Assembly (NCBI GenBank): GCA_017856545.1
Contig: JAFMEV010000001.1
Coordinates: 66,231 to 130,230, forward strand
Length of the DNA stretch: 64,000 nucleotides
Reading direction: 5' to 3'
From: Chitinophagaceae bacterium
Lineage (GTDB): Bacteria; Bacteroidota; Bacteroidia; Chitinophagales; Chitinophagaceae
Shown here: positions 19,506 to 29,825 of the stretch, one piece after another
Layout: each line of letters begins with the position of its first letter
How positions within the stretch are numbered: position 1 is the stretch's first letter
Program-made: the position numbers and the translations under genes
The notes under the pieces: generated by a model
What the model saw: the letters and a program-made list of their open reading frames with translations, nothing else
What the model was told of the DNA's origin: nothing
Databases searched by the model: none

Positions 19506-20543
19506 TTATAATCCAACCACTCTTTTATTGAAAGCACTGTTTCTTGCAGCTTCTAAAATTCTAATGATGTTTTTTCCTTCCTGTGCAGATGTAGGCACTT
19601 CGGCATTATTTAAAATTGCATCCGCCATTTTTTCATAAAAGATTCCATAATTACCAGCCTTACTTGGAATCACTCTATGTGAAATCAATCCATCATTATC
19701 TGTATATAAAGTACCATAATCCTCTTTTGATTCAACACCCCAATGATCTGCTCCTGGTATCTTGCCAGCAATCAAATCTGCTTCTTGCACATCCGATCTG
19801 TTTTTAATAAAACAACCTTTTGTGCCATATATTTTATAGCCAGCTAATTGCGTCATAAATACCATGCCACTGGTTAAGGTAATACGATGTCCTGGATAAT
19901 ACAATATCAAATGGAAATAATCATCTACAATACCTACTTTTCTAGTAATTCTAATATCTGCAAATACTGCTAAAGGCATACCTGATAATAGTATTGCTTG
20001 GTCTACTAAATGAGGGCCTAGGTCATATAAGAGTCCTGCTCCAGGTGTTACTGATTCTTTATGCTTTTTAGGGCTTAAGGTTGTTCTATATCTTTCAAAA
20101 GAAATTTGAACATCTAAAAAGTCTCCAATGGCATCTTCTTTGATTAATTGTTGAATGGTCAAAAAATCTGCATCGTATCTTCTGTTGTGGTAAACGGCTA
20201 ATTTCAATCTTTTTTGTTTAGCGATATCATCTAGCTCTTGTGCTTCCGCTGCTGTGATCGTAAATGCTTTTTCACACACCACATGTTTGCCTGCTAACAA
20301 TGCTTGTTTAGTGTAAGTGTAATGTGAATCGTTTGGACTATTTACTACAATTAAATCAATGGAAGCATCTGATAAGATTTCTTCATAACTAGAATAAGAC
20401 TTGGTACCAGGGTAGGCTGCTTCAATATTTTTTGAAGAACGCTCCCAACTGCCTACTAATGTAAAATGAGGGTTGCTTGCAATAAATGGCGCGTGAAAGA
20501 CTTTTCCGCTCATACCAAAGGAAACCAATGCTGTTTTTATCAT
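19506..20543 (-). CDS. Gfo/Idh/MocA family oxidoreductase (YdgJ/IolW-like)
   Basis: FGMSGKVFHAPFI, GKHVVCEKAF, YHNRRYDADF, GLLYDLGPHLVDQA. Confidence 0.92.
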   Translation of the reverse strand: MIKTALVSFGMSGKVFHAPFIASNPHFTLVGSWERSSKNIEAAYPGTKSYSSYEEILSDASIDLIVVNSPNDSHYTYTKQALLAGKHVVCEKAFTITAAEAQELDDIAKQKRLKLAVYHNRRYDADFLTIQQLIKEDAIGDFLDVQISFERYRTTLSPKKHKESVTPGAGLLYDLGPHLVDQAILLSGMPLAVFADIRITRKVGIVDDYFHLILYYPGHRITLTSGMVFMTQLAGYKIYGTKGCFIKNRSDVQEADLIAGKIPGADHWGVESKEDYGTLYTDNDGLISHRVIPSKAGNYGIFYEKMADAILNNAEVPTSAQEGKNIIRILEAARNSAFNKRVVGL

Positions 20544-20547
20544 AATT

Positions 20548-20588
20548 CAAATTTAAGGAAAAATGAGTCCTTATTTAGAGACTCATTT
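20548..20588 (-). promoter_or_regulatory. Promoter (TAAATTTG, 20548-20555) with an overlapping palindrome AAATGAGTC-N10-GACTCATTT (20561-20588)
   Basis: Canonical -7 box 4 nt upstream of the ATG at 20543; 9-bp inverted repeat located between the -7 and expected -33 positions. Confidence 0.55.
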
Positions 20589-20616
20589 AAAGAATAAGTT
20601 AAGGGTTATATAAAAC

Positions 20617-20646
20617 AAAAACCCTCTGAATTTTCAGAGGGTTTTT
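20617..20646 (-). terminator. Intrinsic terminator downstream of aconitase
   Basis: Perfect 14-bp inverted repeat aaaaaccctctgaa / ttcagagggttttt. Confidence 0.88.
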
Positions 20647-20665
20647 AAAAATCGTTAGAGTGTAC

Positions 20666-20703
20666 TTTTTATAGGCTTTAAATTTCAATTAAGCCTATAA
20701 AAA
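20666..20703. repeat. 13-bp inverted repeat in the aconitase 3' UTR (not terminator-shaped)
   Basis: tttttataggctt-N12-aagcctataaaaa; the T-run precedes the stem on both strands. Confidence 0.7.
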
Positions 20704-20705
20704 TA

Positions 20706-22973
20706 CTATCCCGCAACTTGCTTTCTGATAATGTTCAATGCACCACCTGCTTTAAACCACTCAATTTGTTGTTGGTTGTAAGTATGGTTTGCTTTAATAG
20801 TATCAGTAGATCCGTCTTTATGTGTTAACACCAACGTTAAAGGAGTGCCTGGCGCGAAGCTAGTTAAACCTGTTACATCAATGCTATCATCTTCTTGGAT
20901 CTTATCGTAATCTGCTTTATCTGCAAATGTTAATGCCAACATTCCTTGTTTCTTCAAGTTTGTTTCATGGATTCTTGCAAATGATTTTGTTAATACCACG
21001 CGAACACCTAAATGTCTTGGCTCCATAGCTGCGTGCTCACGAGAGCTACCTTCTCCGTAGTTTTCATCACCTACTACGATAGTTCCAACGCCTGCTGCTT
21101 TATAAGCTCTTTGTGTATTTGGAACGGTATCGTAATTACCAGTTAATTGGCTCTTCACATTATCTGTCTTCTCGTTAAAGAAGTTGACTGCACCAATTAA
21201 TAAGTTGTTAGAGATATTATCTAAGTGGCCACGGAATTTTAACCAAGGACCAGCCATAGAGATATGGTCTGTGGTACATTTTCCTTTAGCCTTAATCAAT
21301 AATCTTAAAGATTTTAAATCAGTTCCTTCCCATGCTGTAAATGGATCTAATAATTGTAAACGCTTAGATGCTGGATCAACTGCTACAACTACTTTTGAAC
21401 CATCTTCAGCTGGCGCTTGGTATCCTGCATCTTCCACAGCAAAACCTTTTACTGGCAATTCGTCTCCTGTTGGAGCATCTAATTTAACTTGCTCACCTTT
21501 ATCGTTGGTTAAAGTATCTGTTAAAGGATTGAATGTTAAATCTCCTGCAATCGCTAATGCAGTTACTAGTTCTGGAGAACCCACAAATGCATAAGTATTT
21601 GGATTACCATCTGCACGCTTTGCAAAGTTTCTGTTGAAAGAGTGAACAATGGTATTTTTTTCTTTTTTCTCTGCACCAACACGCTCCCACATTCCAATAC
21701 AAGGTCCACAGGCATTCGCAAATACTTTAGCACCAATTTGACTGAACACATCTAAGAAACCATCTCTTTCAATAGTATATCTTACTTGCTCAGAACCTGG
21801 AGTAATCATGTATTCTGCCTTAGTGGTTAAGCCTTTTTGAGCAACTTGTTTTGCTAAGCTCACAGCACGGCTAATATCTTCGTAAGAAGAATTCGTACAG
21901 CTTCCAATTAAACCTACTTCCACTTTGGTAGGCCATCCGTTAGCAGCTGCTACTTCTTTCATTTTTGAAATAGGAGTAGCCAAGTCTGGAGTGAAAGGTC
22001 CGTTTAAGTGTGGTTCTAAAGTATCTAAATCAATTTCAATTACTTGATCGAAATATTTTTCAGGGTTTGCATATACTTCTGCATCTGCAGTTAAGTGTTC
22101 TGCTACTGCATCTGCTAAAGCAGCCACATCAGCACGACCTGTTGAACTTAAATATCTGCTCATGCTTGCATCGTAACCAAATGTAGAAGTGGTAGCACCA
22201 ATTTCTGCACCCATGTTACAAATAGTTCCTTTACCAGTACAACTCATGCTAGTTGCACCTTCACCAAAATATTCTACAATTGCACCAGTACCACCTTTTA
22301 CAGTTAAGATACCAGCTACTTTTAAAATCACATCCTTAGGAGCAGTCCATCCGTTCAATTTGCCTTTTAATTTAATACCAATTAATTTAGGCCATTTTAA
22401 TTCCCAAGCTAAACCTGCCATTACATCACAAGCATCAGCACCACCCACACCAATTGCTAACATACCTAAACCACCAGCATTTACTGTGTGAGAATCGGTA
22501 CCAATCATCATACCACCAGGGAATGCATAATTTTCTAAAACTACTTGGTGAATGATACCAGCACCAGGCTTCCAGAAACCTAAACCATATTTATTTGAAA
22601 CAGAAGCTAAGAAATCATATACTTCTTTACTTTCTGTTGTTGCTACTTGTAAGTCTTGTTTTGCTTCTACTTTTGCAGAGATTAAGTGATCGCAATGCAC
22701 TGTACTTGGTACAGCAACTTTAGGACGACCTGCTTGCATAAATTGCAATAAAGCCATCTGTGCAGTAGCATCTTGCATTGCCACACGGTCTGGAGCAAAA
22801 TCAACATAAGAACCACCTCTTTCGAAGCCTTCTAATTTTTGGTCACTATGTAAATGAGAAAATAAAATCTTTTCAGATAAAGTAAGAGGACGTCCTAACA
22901 TTTTACGAGCCGCTTCCACTTTCGCTGGCATTTCAGCGTATACTTTTTTGATCATTTCGATATCAAACGCCAT
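20706..22973 (-). CDS. acnA: Aconitate hydratase (mitochondrial-like type)
   Basis: [59 protein letters not shown]. Confidence 0.96.
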   Translation of the reverse strand: MAFDIEMIKKVYAEMPAKVEAARKMLGRPLTLSEKILFSHLHSDQKLEGFERGGSYVDFAPDRVAMQDATAQMALLQFMQAGRPKVAVPSTVHCDHLISAKVEAKQDLQVATTESKEVYDFLASVSNKYGLGFWKPGAGIIHQVVLENYAFPGGMMIGTDSHTVNAGGLGMLAIGVGGADACDVMAGLAWELKWPKLIGIKLKGKLNGWTAPKDVILKVAGILTVKGGTGAIVEYFGEGATSMSCTGKGTICNMGAEIGATTSTFGYDASMSRYLSSTGRADVAALADAVAEHLTADAEVYANPEKYFDQVIEIDLDTLEPHLNGPFTPDLATPISKMKEVAAANGWPTKVEVGLIGSCTNSSYEDISRAVSLAKQVAQKGLTTKAEYMITPGSEQVRYTIERDGFLDVFSQIGAKVFANACGPCIGMWERVGAEKKEKNTIVHSFNRNFAKRADGNPNTYAFVGSPELVTALAIAGDLTFNPLTDTLTNDKGEQVKLDAPTGDELPVKGFAVEDAGYQAPAEDGSKVVVAVDPASKRLQLLDPFTAWEGTDLKSLRLLIKAKGKCTTDHISMAGPWLKFRGHLDNISNNLLIGAVNFFNEKTDNVKSQLTGNYDTVPNTQRAYKAAGVGTIVVGDENYGEGSSREHAAMEPRHLGVRVVLTKSFARIHETNLKKQGMLALTFADKADYDKIQEDDSIDVTGLTSFAPGTPLTLVLTHKDGSTDTIKANHTYNQQQIEWFKAGGALNIIRKQVAG

Positions 22974-23002
22974 AGTTGTAAATTTTAATTTTTAAGCTGG
23001 TG

Positions 23003-23010
23003 CAAAGGTA
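23003..23010 (-). promoter_or_regulatory. -7 promoter element TACCTTTG for aconitase
   Basis: Exact Bacteroidota TAnnTTTG match 29 nt upstream of the ATG. Confidence 0.7.
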
Positions 23011-23092
23011 ATAAAAATGAATCCCGCAGCCTTCAAAAAAGTACAAATAATGTCCACTTTTTTTGATAGATTTGGTTATAAATCAACCGGGA

Positions 23093-23314
23093 ATGATTCA
23101 AAAATTCAGAGATTTCTTAGAATTACATGCTTTTGGGGTTTGTTCCGCCCTGGGCGAGCGCTTGGGGATTGCCAGTGCCAAGATTAGAATGTGGTTTATC
23201 TATATCTCTTTTTTGACCCTGGGTTCTCCAGTAGTCCTCTATTTTGTGTTGGCTTTTGTTAGAAGTATCAAGCATTATATACTATTGGGCAAAAGAAACC
23301 CGATCAAGTACTAG
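23093..23314 (+). CDS. Small PspC-domain membrane protein
   Basis: 73 aa; FGVCSALGERLGIASAKIRMWFIYISFLTLGSPVVLY matches the PspC GVC.GL...G motif followed by a TM segment; ATG at 23093. Confidence 0.8.
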   Translation: MIQKFRDFLELHAFGVCSALGERLGIASAKIRMWFIYISFLTLGSPVVLYFVLAFVRSIKHYILLGKRNPIKY

Positions 23315-24135
23315 ATCACTGCTTTTCTTAATCTTACTAGTTTTTCCAATAATGGTTCTAATAAATCTAATGGTAACATATTAGCGCCATCACTTTTAGC
23401 TACAGAAGGGTTAGGATGGGTTTCAATGAATAATCCATCTGCACCAGTGGCAATAGCTGCTTTCGCAATGGTTTCAATTAAAGCAGGATTACCTCCCGTT
23501 ACACCACTAGTTTGATTAGGTTGTTGTAAGGAGTGTGTACAATCCATAATTACAGGCACATTGTTCTCTGCCATGGCAGGAATATTTCTGTAGTCGACTA
23601 CTAAATCTTGGTATCCAAATGTATTACCTCTTTCGGTCAACATAATTTTTTCGTTTCCTGCCAATCTAATCTTGTCTACTGCAAATTTCATAGAGGCGCC
23701 ACTTAAGAATTGTCCTTTTTTTACATTTACAATTTTACCAGTGGCTGCAGCAGCTACTAATAAATCTGTTTGTCTACATAAGAATGCAGGAATTTGCAAT
23801 ATGTCGATAAACTCAGCTGCCATAGCTGCTTCATCATGTGCATGAATATCAGAAGTAGTAGGCAAGTTAAATGTTTGTCCTACTTTTTTGATTAAAGATA
23901 ATCCGTTGTCATCACCAATACCTGTAAATGAATTAGCACTAGTTCTATTGGCTTTTCTATAGCTTGCTTTAAATACATAAGCAATTCCTAGATTTTTACA
24001 AATGCTAGAGACTCTTTCTCCAATTTCCATCACTAATTCTTCGCTTTCCACCACACAAGGTCCAGCAATTAGAAAGAATTGATTAGGATCGTAAGATTGA
24101 GTTTTAAAATGATCTTGTAAATAAGAAGGAATCAT
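23311..24135 (-). CDS. kdsA: KDO-8-phosphate synthase
   Basis: LIAGPCVVES, KASYRKANRTS, QIPAFLCRQTDL, NVKKGQFL, ERGNTFGY; TACCTTTG box at 24155-24162. Confidence 0.96.
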   Translation of the reverse strand: MIPSYLQDHFKTQSYDPNQFFLIAGPCVVESEELVMEIGERVSSICKNLGIAYVFKASYRKANRTSANSFTGIGDDNGLSLIKKVGQTFNLPTTSDIHAHDEAAMAAEFIDILQIPAFLCRQTDLLVAAAATGKIVNVKKGQFLSGASMKFAVDKIRLAGNEKIMLTERGNTFGYQDLVVDYRNIPAMAENNVPVIMDCTHSLQQPNQTSGVTGGNPALIETIAKAAIATGADGLFIETHPNPSVAKSDGANMLPLDLLEPLLEKLVRLRKAVI

Positions 24136-24173
24136 GCTATTTGTTTTTCGACTTCAAAGGTACGCAATTAAGC

Positions 24174-24935
24174 CTAAAATCTTAAGCCAAGCGTTAAACC
24201 ACCGCCTCTAATTCCAGCCCAAGGACCTTCCATATCAGCTATAGCCCCAGTCGGCGTTACTGTTGCAGTAACTTTAAATGGATTGGCATTGATATTGTTT
24301 AGGTTTTTTTGTAATGCTGCTTGTGCTTCTGCTGGGAATTTAGCACCTGGCAATGGAGTGAATTCCAACTTGCCATTAGAGCTACCATAGTGCCCGCCAA
24401 TCATCCAAAAATCAAGAACTAGTTTAGTGGCCAATTGAAATTGCATACCTACATATACTCCCATACTTTGAGATCGGATAGTCCCTTCTAATGTAGCTGT
24501 TTTATTTTCTACAATAGGTTGTAAAGTAGTCGTTGAAATAGAATTATAAGAATAGTTTACTGGAATAGATAAATCAAAATTGGCAAACCTTGTGTAAGGT
24601 GCTATATAAAAGCCAGACATTTTCTGAATACCTAAGTAAAACCTTCCTTCAAAAGTCAATGCTGTATTACCCACTTGGAAATTATCAAAATTAATATCAT
24701 CACTTTTAATAAATTGCTTAGCCAAGCTTTTTAAAGGAAGTGCAGTTTTGGGCATGCTTCTATAACTTGCTGCAATAGAAACAAATGGGAGTACATTTTT
24801 TTCAAAAGTTAAATTGTAGTTCTTTAAGGCAACAGAGGAAAGATTGGTTTTTAAAATATGGTTTCCTCCAATTAATTTTTGAGCAGTAGCATTCAAGTTG
24901 ATGAATACTAGTAAAACAACAATTATTTTTTTCAT
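24174..24935 (-). CDS. Outer membrane beta-barrel protein (DUF3575-like)
   Basis: Signal peptide ATA-Q; ILKTNL.., GRFYLG..SGFYIAPY, terminal LGLRF. Confidence 0.65.
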   Translation of the reverse strand: MKKIIVVLLVFINLNATAQKLIGGNHILKTNLSSVALKNYNLTFEKNVLPFVSIAASYRSMPKTALPLKSLAKQFIKSDDINFDNFQVGNTALTFEGRFYLGIQKMSGFYIAPYTRFANFDLSIPVNYSYNSISTTTLQPIVENKTATLEGTIRSQSMGVYVGMQFQLATKLVLDFWMIGGHYGSSNGKLEFTPLPGAKFPAEAQAALQKNLNNINANPFKVTATVTPTGAIADMEGPWAGIRGGGLTLGLRF

Positions 24936-24967
24936 TGTAGCATTTATTTTAGCAGCGGAAGGGTTCT

Positions 24968-25387
24968 TTATTTTTGTTTCTTAAAAGCCAAGTCAGCAAC
25001 AGTTCTTTTGTCCAAAACAGATAATGTGTGATCTCTTACTTCAGCCATTACTTTATTGATACCACATTTCTTCTCATTACAATCGCTGCATTTTTCATAA
25101 AAATGTAAGCTTACGCATGGTAACAATGCAATAGGTCCTTCGATGGTTCTAAAAATTCCGGATAATTTAATTTTACTTGGAGGGGTAGCAAAAAAATAGC
25201 CTCCATGCTTTCCTTTCTTACTCTCCAAAAAACCTGCTTTCTTTAATTCTAAAAGAATGTTCTCTAAAAACTTTAATGGAATATTTTTATGGGTAGCAAT
25301 ATCCGCAATCAAAATAGGGGACTCCGAATTTTGTTCGGCCATATAAGTTAAGGCTTGCAGCGCATATTGTGTTTTCTTAGATAACAT
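24968..25387 (-). CDS. Rrf2 family transcriptional regulator
   Basis: TQYALQAL, IPLKFLENILLELKKAGFLESKKGKHGGY, EGPIALLPC; four Cys in the C-terminal part. Confidence 0.93.
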   Translation of the reverse strand: MLSKKTQYALQALTYMAEQNSESPILIADIATHKNIPLKFLENILLELKKAGFLESKKGKHGGYFFATPPSKIKLSGIFRTIEGPIALLPCVSLHFYEKCSDCNEKKCGINKVMAEVRDHTLSVLDKRTVADLAFKKQK

Positions 25388-25396
25388 AGTTTCAAC

Positions 25397-26113
25397 TTAT
25401 AATCCTAGTACTTCCTTCATGGTAAAGATACCATTTTTTTGAATGGCGAACTCGGCAGCTAATACCGCTCCACTAGCAAATCCTTTGCGTGTATGTGCTG
25501 TATGGATGATTTCAATATCATCAATTGAAGAGCTGTATTTTACTTGATGGGTACCAGGAGCAGGATCAATTCTTTCTGAATGAATCAGTAATTGGTTAGG
25601 CGCTGCAGTTGGATGATTGATCCATTGATCTTTTCTGCGTAGATTAGCTAAGATTTGCTCGGCTAAAGATATGGCAGTTCCACTAGGAGCATCTTTCTTT
25701 TCTGTATGATGGATTTCTGTCATGCTCACATCATAATCTGCGTAGGGGTCCATTAATTTGGCCAAGTATTTATTCAATTCAAAAAACAAATTCACTCCAA
25801 TACTATAATTGCTGGAATATACTAAGCAGCCATTTTTTTCTTTACAGGCTGTTTCAATTTCATTCCAATGTTCTAACCAACCAGTAGATCCGGAAACCAC
25901 AGGAACGCCATATGCAATACACTTTTTGAGATTGTCCAATGCACTATGGGGTCCAGTAAATTCAATTGCTACATCTGCTTTTTGGATATTATCTGCAGTA
26001 AAATCTTGTGCATTGCTTACATCAATTTTAAGCACAATTTCATGCCCCTTTTGTAAAGCAATCTCCTCAATAGCTTTACCCATTTTCCCGTAACCAATTA
26101 ATGCTATTTTCAT
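25397..26113 (-). CDS. dapB: 4-hydroxy-tetrahydrodipicolinate reductase
   Basis: IGYGKMG, SNYSIGVN, EIHHTEKKDAPSGTA, FASGAVLAA. Confidence 0.96.
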   Translation of the reverse strand: MKIALIGYGKMGKAIEEIALQKGHEIVLKIDVSNAQDFTADNIQKADVAIEFTGPHSALDNLKKCIAYGVPVVSGSTGWLEHWNEIETACKEKNGCLVYSSNYSIGVNLFFELNKYLAKLMDPYADYDVSMTEIHHTEKKDAPSGTAISLAEQILANLRRKDQWINHPTAAPNQLLIHSERIDPAPGTHQVKYSSSIDDIEIIHTAHTRKGFASGAVLAAEFAIQKNGIFTMKEVLGL

Positions 26114-26125
26114 AAGAAAGATTTA

Positions 26126-26707
26126 TTATTTAGAACTATGATTTTTAAAATGCAATTGAAGGGATAAACCAGCTTGTCTGAATTGTGGCTGATAATTTGG
26201 CTGAATTTTTAAACTCAAATCATTATTAATATCAAATTCTTTCAAATGTCCAGAGACAGTTGCATCTAAAACATTCAATCCCCATCCCAGTATAAACCAC
26301 ATGATAGAGTAGTCTCTATCTTTTCTGAATATATTTCTATAACTCTGTAAACTCGCTAAACCTAAATTTTTTAAAGCAGGATCTATTTTAGATATATCAG
26401 CGTTATCGCCCATAGATTCTTTGAATCTAGCTTCGTACGCGAATTTTGCTTTGCTATATAAATCGGCATTGTATTGATATGTAGCAGCAGGGATGGCTAA
26501 TACACCATAAACAAGCGGTATTTTCCAATACTGTTTATTATATATCTGTCCCCAACCTGGAATCATGGCTGATCTTTGTGTTGCTATTCTAGGTATATGT
26601 CTTTTAATAGAAATAGCAATGGTAGAATCTGATGTGCTAACTTTTTCTTGTCCAAAAAGGGATGCATGAATAAGGCACAATAAGAGTATAGAAAAAAAAG
26701 CTTTCAT
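26126..26707 (-). CDS. DUF5683 family protein
   Basis: SAMIPGWGQIYNKQYWKIPLVY motif; position between parB and dapB. Confidence 0.8.
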   Translation of the reverse strand: MKAFFSILLLCLIHASLFGQEKVSTSDSTIAISIKRHIPRIATQRSAMIPGWGQIYNKQYWKIPLVYGVLAIPAATYQYNADLYSKAKFAYEARFKESMGDNADISKIDPALKNLGLASLQSYRNIFRKDRDYSIMWFILGWGLNVLDATVSGHLKEFDINNDLSLKIQPNYQPQFRQAGLSLQLHFKNHSSK

Positions 26708-26708
26708 C

Positions 26709-27623
26709 TTAGCTGATGCTTAGTTGCATTGCTTCTAAAATTTTGTTCAAGCCATTTAGGTCAGCATACTCAACGGTGATTTTTCCACTTCCATTTTTTT
26801 GATGTTGCAAATGCACTTTAGAAGAGAAATGATCACATAATTTATCTTCCAACTTTTTATACACTGGAGATAATTGGTTGGGGTTTGCTTTTGGGCCATT
26901 TGTTTTATTGGGGATTACTTGCTTTAACAATGCTTCAGCTTGTCTAACAGTCAATCCCTTGTCCATGATTTCTTTGAAAATAAACAACTGCTTGTCTACC
27001 TCTCTTCCAATCAATAGCTTCGCTAGGCTTACACTTAACTGACCGCTTCTAACTGCTGCTTGTATGCTTGGCGGTAATTCTAATAAACGAATATAGTTCG
27101 CAATGGTGGATCTGTCTTTACCCATTCGCTCTGCTACTTGCTCTTGTGTATAGCTTAATTCATCCATCATGCGTTGATAGCTTAACGCAATTTCAATTTC
27201 ATTTAAATCAACTCTTTGTAGATTCTCTAATAAAGCTAATTCAAGTAATTCTTTATCATTAACTTGTCTTATGTAAGCAGGTACATCTAATAGGCCAGCT
27301 AACTTTGCTGCACGAAATCTTCTTTCACCAGCAATCAATTGATATTTACCATCACTTAATGAAGAGACTGTTAAGGGCTGAATAATATCATGTAACTTAA
27401 TAGAGTTTGCAAGTTCTTGCAATGCTTTCTGATCAAAATCTTTTCTAGGATTTTTTGGATTGACAACAATATTTGCCAAAGCCACTCTATTGGTTGCAAC
27501 TGCTTTTTCAATGGCAGCAGGTTGTACTTTGCCAGCAGGATTTTTATATTCTGCATCCATGTTTTGCAAAAGGGAACGTAGGCCCTTTCCAATCAAATCT
27601 TTATTGGGTATACTCTTGCTCAT
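26709..27623 (-). CDS. parB: Chromosome partitioning protein ParB
   Basis: GKGLRSLL, NPRKDFD, LIAGERRFRA, LENLQRVDLNEIEIA, KDRSTIANYIRLL. Confidence 0.95.
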   Translation of the reverse strand: MSKSIPNKDLIGKGLRSLLQNMDAEYKNPAGKVQPAAIEKAVATNRVALANIVVNPKNPRKDFDQKALQELANSIKLHDIIQPLTVSSLSDGKYQLIAGERRFRAAKLAGLLDVPAYIRQVNDKELLELALLENLQRVDLNEIEIALSYQRMMDELSYTQEQVAERMGKDRSTIANYIRLLELPPSIQAAVRSGQLSVSLAKLLIGREVDKQLFIFKEIMDKGLTVRQAEALLKQVIPNKTNGPKANPNQLSPVYKKLEDKLCDHFSSKVHLQHQKNGSGKITVEYADLNGLNKILEAMQLSIS

Positions 27624-27625
27624 GA

Positions 27626-28426
27626 TTAGTCAATTATGCGCTCGGCATTACTCATATTAGTCATGCCATTTTTTTGTAAAATTTCTTTAGCCAAGTTTAA
27701 ATAGTTTACAGTGCCTTTACTATCCGCATCATATAAGATAACTGGCTTCCCAACACTAGGCGCTTCACTTAATCTGGTATTTCTATGAATAATGGTAGAG
27801 AATACCATATCATCAAAATGCTTTCTTACTTCACTTACTACTTGATTGCTTAATCTTAATCTACCATCATACATAGTCATTAAAATTCCTTCAATTTGTA
27901 ATTCTGGATTTAACCTGCTTTGAACAATTTTTACTGTATTCAATAATTTACCTAAACCTTCTAATGCAAAAAATTCACATTGAACTGGAACAATGACACT
28001 GTCAGATGCTACCAAAGCGTTCACTGTAATTAAACCCAAAGAAGGCAAACAATCAATAATGATGAAATCATATTGGTTTTGAACCGGCGACAATAAATTC
28101 TTTAAAACGTTTTCTCTATTAGGTAGATTCACTAATTCAATTTCCGCACCCACTAAATCAATATGAGAAGGGATTAAATCCAAATGTGGAATCTCTGTTT
28201 TTAAAATGATGTCAGACAATGGAGTTTGATTGATCATTCCATCATATAAACTTGTGGTGATATTATGTAAATCAAAACCAACACCTGTTGTACTATTTGC
28301 TTGAGGGTCAGCATCAATCAATAAGGTCTTGTACTCTAAAACAGCCAAGCTTGCAGCAATATTGATTGCAGAAGTGGTTTTTCCAACACCCCCTTTTTGA
28401 TTTGCTATACCTATAATTCTTGCCAT
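27626..28426 (-). CDS. parA: Chromosome partitioning ATPase ParA/Soj
   Basis: [10 protein letters not shown] deviant Walker [30 protein letters not shown]; TATTTTTG box at 28451-28458. Confidence 0.95.
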   Translation of the reverse strand: MARIIGIANQKGGVGKTTSAINIAASLAVLEYKTLLIDADPQANSTTGVGFDLHNITTSLYDGMINQTPLSDIILKTEIPHLDLIPSHIDLVGAEIELVNLPNRENVLKNLLSPVQNQYDFIIIDCLPSLGLITVNALVASDSVIVPVQCEFFALEGLGKLLNTVKIVQSRLNPELQIEGILMTMYDGRLRLSNQVVSEVRKHFDDMVFSTIIHRNTRLSEAPSVGKPVILYDADSKGTVNYLNLAKEILQKNGMTNMSNAERIID

Positions 28427-28539
28427 AAAACTGGAATCCTTAATTTCTGCCAAAAATAAGGTATAAATGGTAACATTTTGGGATTAAATTAACCCATTCT
28501 AGGCCTTTTAGAACTAATTTTGAGCTCTTAATTCCAACT

Positions 28540-29778
28540 ATGCGTAGCCCCATTTTTATATTCGTCTTTGTATTGATATTGATTCTCATTGATTTTTACA
28601 TTTATCAGGTTTTAAAGACCCTTAGTCAGGGTGCTTCATCCCAGCTAAAGTCCATCATTTTTGTAGTCTATTGGGCATTATGTCTCATCAGTCTAAGCAG
28701 TTTTTTGCTCTTCCCCTTTATCAATAATCCATATTTTAGGCAATATATCTTTTCAATAAGCATTGGCTGGGTGCTAACACAGGTTACGATGGTGATGTTC
28801 TTTTTGTTAGATGATGTAAGAAGAGGTACTTTTTGGACAGTGGGTCAAATTAGTTCAGCAACCGGGGCACAATTTTTAAATACAGAGAAGGGTATTCCTA
28901 GATCTACTTTTTTAAGTTGGTTGGGGGTTGGCTTGTCTTCTACTTTATTTTTTTCCTTGTTATATGGTTTCGGTAATAAATACAATTACCAATTAGTTCG
29001 TCAAAAAATAAAACTTAAGAATTTACCAGATGCATTCAAGGGTTTTAAGATTATTCATATTAGTGATATTCATAGTGGAAGTTTAAAAGAAAAAGAAGCG
29101 GTACTAAAAGGTATTCAATTAATCAATCAACAAGAAGCCGATTTAGTATTGTTTACTGGAGATTTAGTGAATGATCGTGCAACAGAAATGCATGATTGGA
29201 AGGATGTGTTTAGTCAAATCAAGGCAAAAAATGGAGTTTATAGTACCTTAGGAAATCATGACTATGGTGATTATGTTCAATGGGATTCTGTGGAAGCTAA
29301 GCAACAAAATTTAAGAGATTTAGCCAATGTGCATGAGCAAATGGGATGGAGATTGTTGATGAATGAAAATGTTGCTATTGAGAAAGATAATGCTACCATT
29401 AGATTGGTGGGTATCGAAAACTGGGGCGCCAAAGCAAGATTTCCAAAGTATGGTAAAATGGATTTAGCTATGCAAAATGTAGATCCCACAGAGACTATTA
29501 TTTTATTAAGCCATGATCCAAGCCATTGGGAGGCACAAGTGCAAAAGCAATACCCACAAGTGGATTTAATGTTATCTGGCCACACACATGGCATGCAATT
29601 TGGGTTAGAAAATCCTTATTTCAAATGGAGTCCAGTTCAATGGGTATACAAACAATGGGCAGGAGTGTATCAACAAGCAGATCAACAATTGTATGTAAAT
29701 AGAGGATTTGGATTTTTAGGCTATCCTGGAAGAGTGGGTATTATGCCAGAAATTACGTTAATTGAATTAACCTCGTAA
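28540..29778 (+). CDS. Membrane-anchored metallophosphoesterase
   Basis: N-terminal TM segments; SDIH, TGDLVN, LGNHDYG, LLSHDP, SGHTHG motifs. Confidence 0.9.
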   Translation: MRSPIFIFVFVLILILIDFYIYQVLKTLSQGASSQLKSIIFVVYWALCLISLSSFLLFPFINNPYFRQYIFSISIGWVLTQVTMVMFFLLDDVRRGTFWTVGQISSATGAQFLNTEKGIPRSTFLSWLGVGLSSTLFFSLLYGFGNKYNYQLVRQKIKLKNLPDAFKGFKIIHISDIHSGSLKEKEAVLKGIQLINQQEADLVLFTGDLVNDRATEMHDWKDVFSQIKAKNGVYSTLGNHDYGDYVQWDSVEAKQQNLRDLANVHEQMGWRLLMNENVAIEKDNATIRLVGIENWGAKARFPKYGKMDLAMQNVDPTETIILLSHDPSHWEAQVQKQYPQVDLMLSGHTHGMQFGLENPYFKWSPVQWVYKQWAGVYQQADQQLYVNRGFGFLGYPGRVGIMPEITLIELTS

Positions 29779-29825
29779 CATTTTACTTGTTTTTTCGTTA
29801 TTACTATAAATTAAATATTCATTTT

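Noticed and set aside
21184-22491. Antisense ORFs 21184..21594 and 22189..22491 opposite aconitase, and similar short antisense ORFs across the window
   Set aside because: Mirror frames of highly biased housekeeping genes; no independent evidence of coding
26709-28540. parS sites or replication origin near parAB
   Set aside because: No TGTT(T/C)CACGTG(A/G)AACA-like palindrome or DnaA-box cluster seen by eye; a motif scan and GC-skew analysis would be needed to exclude them fully
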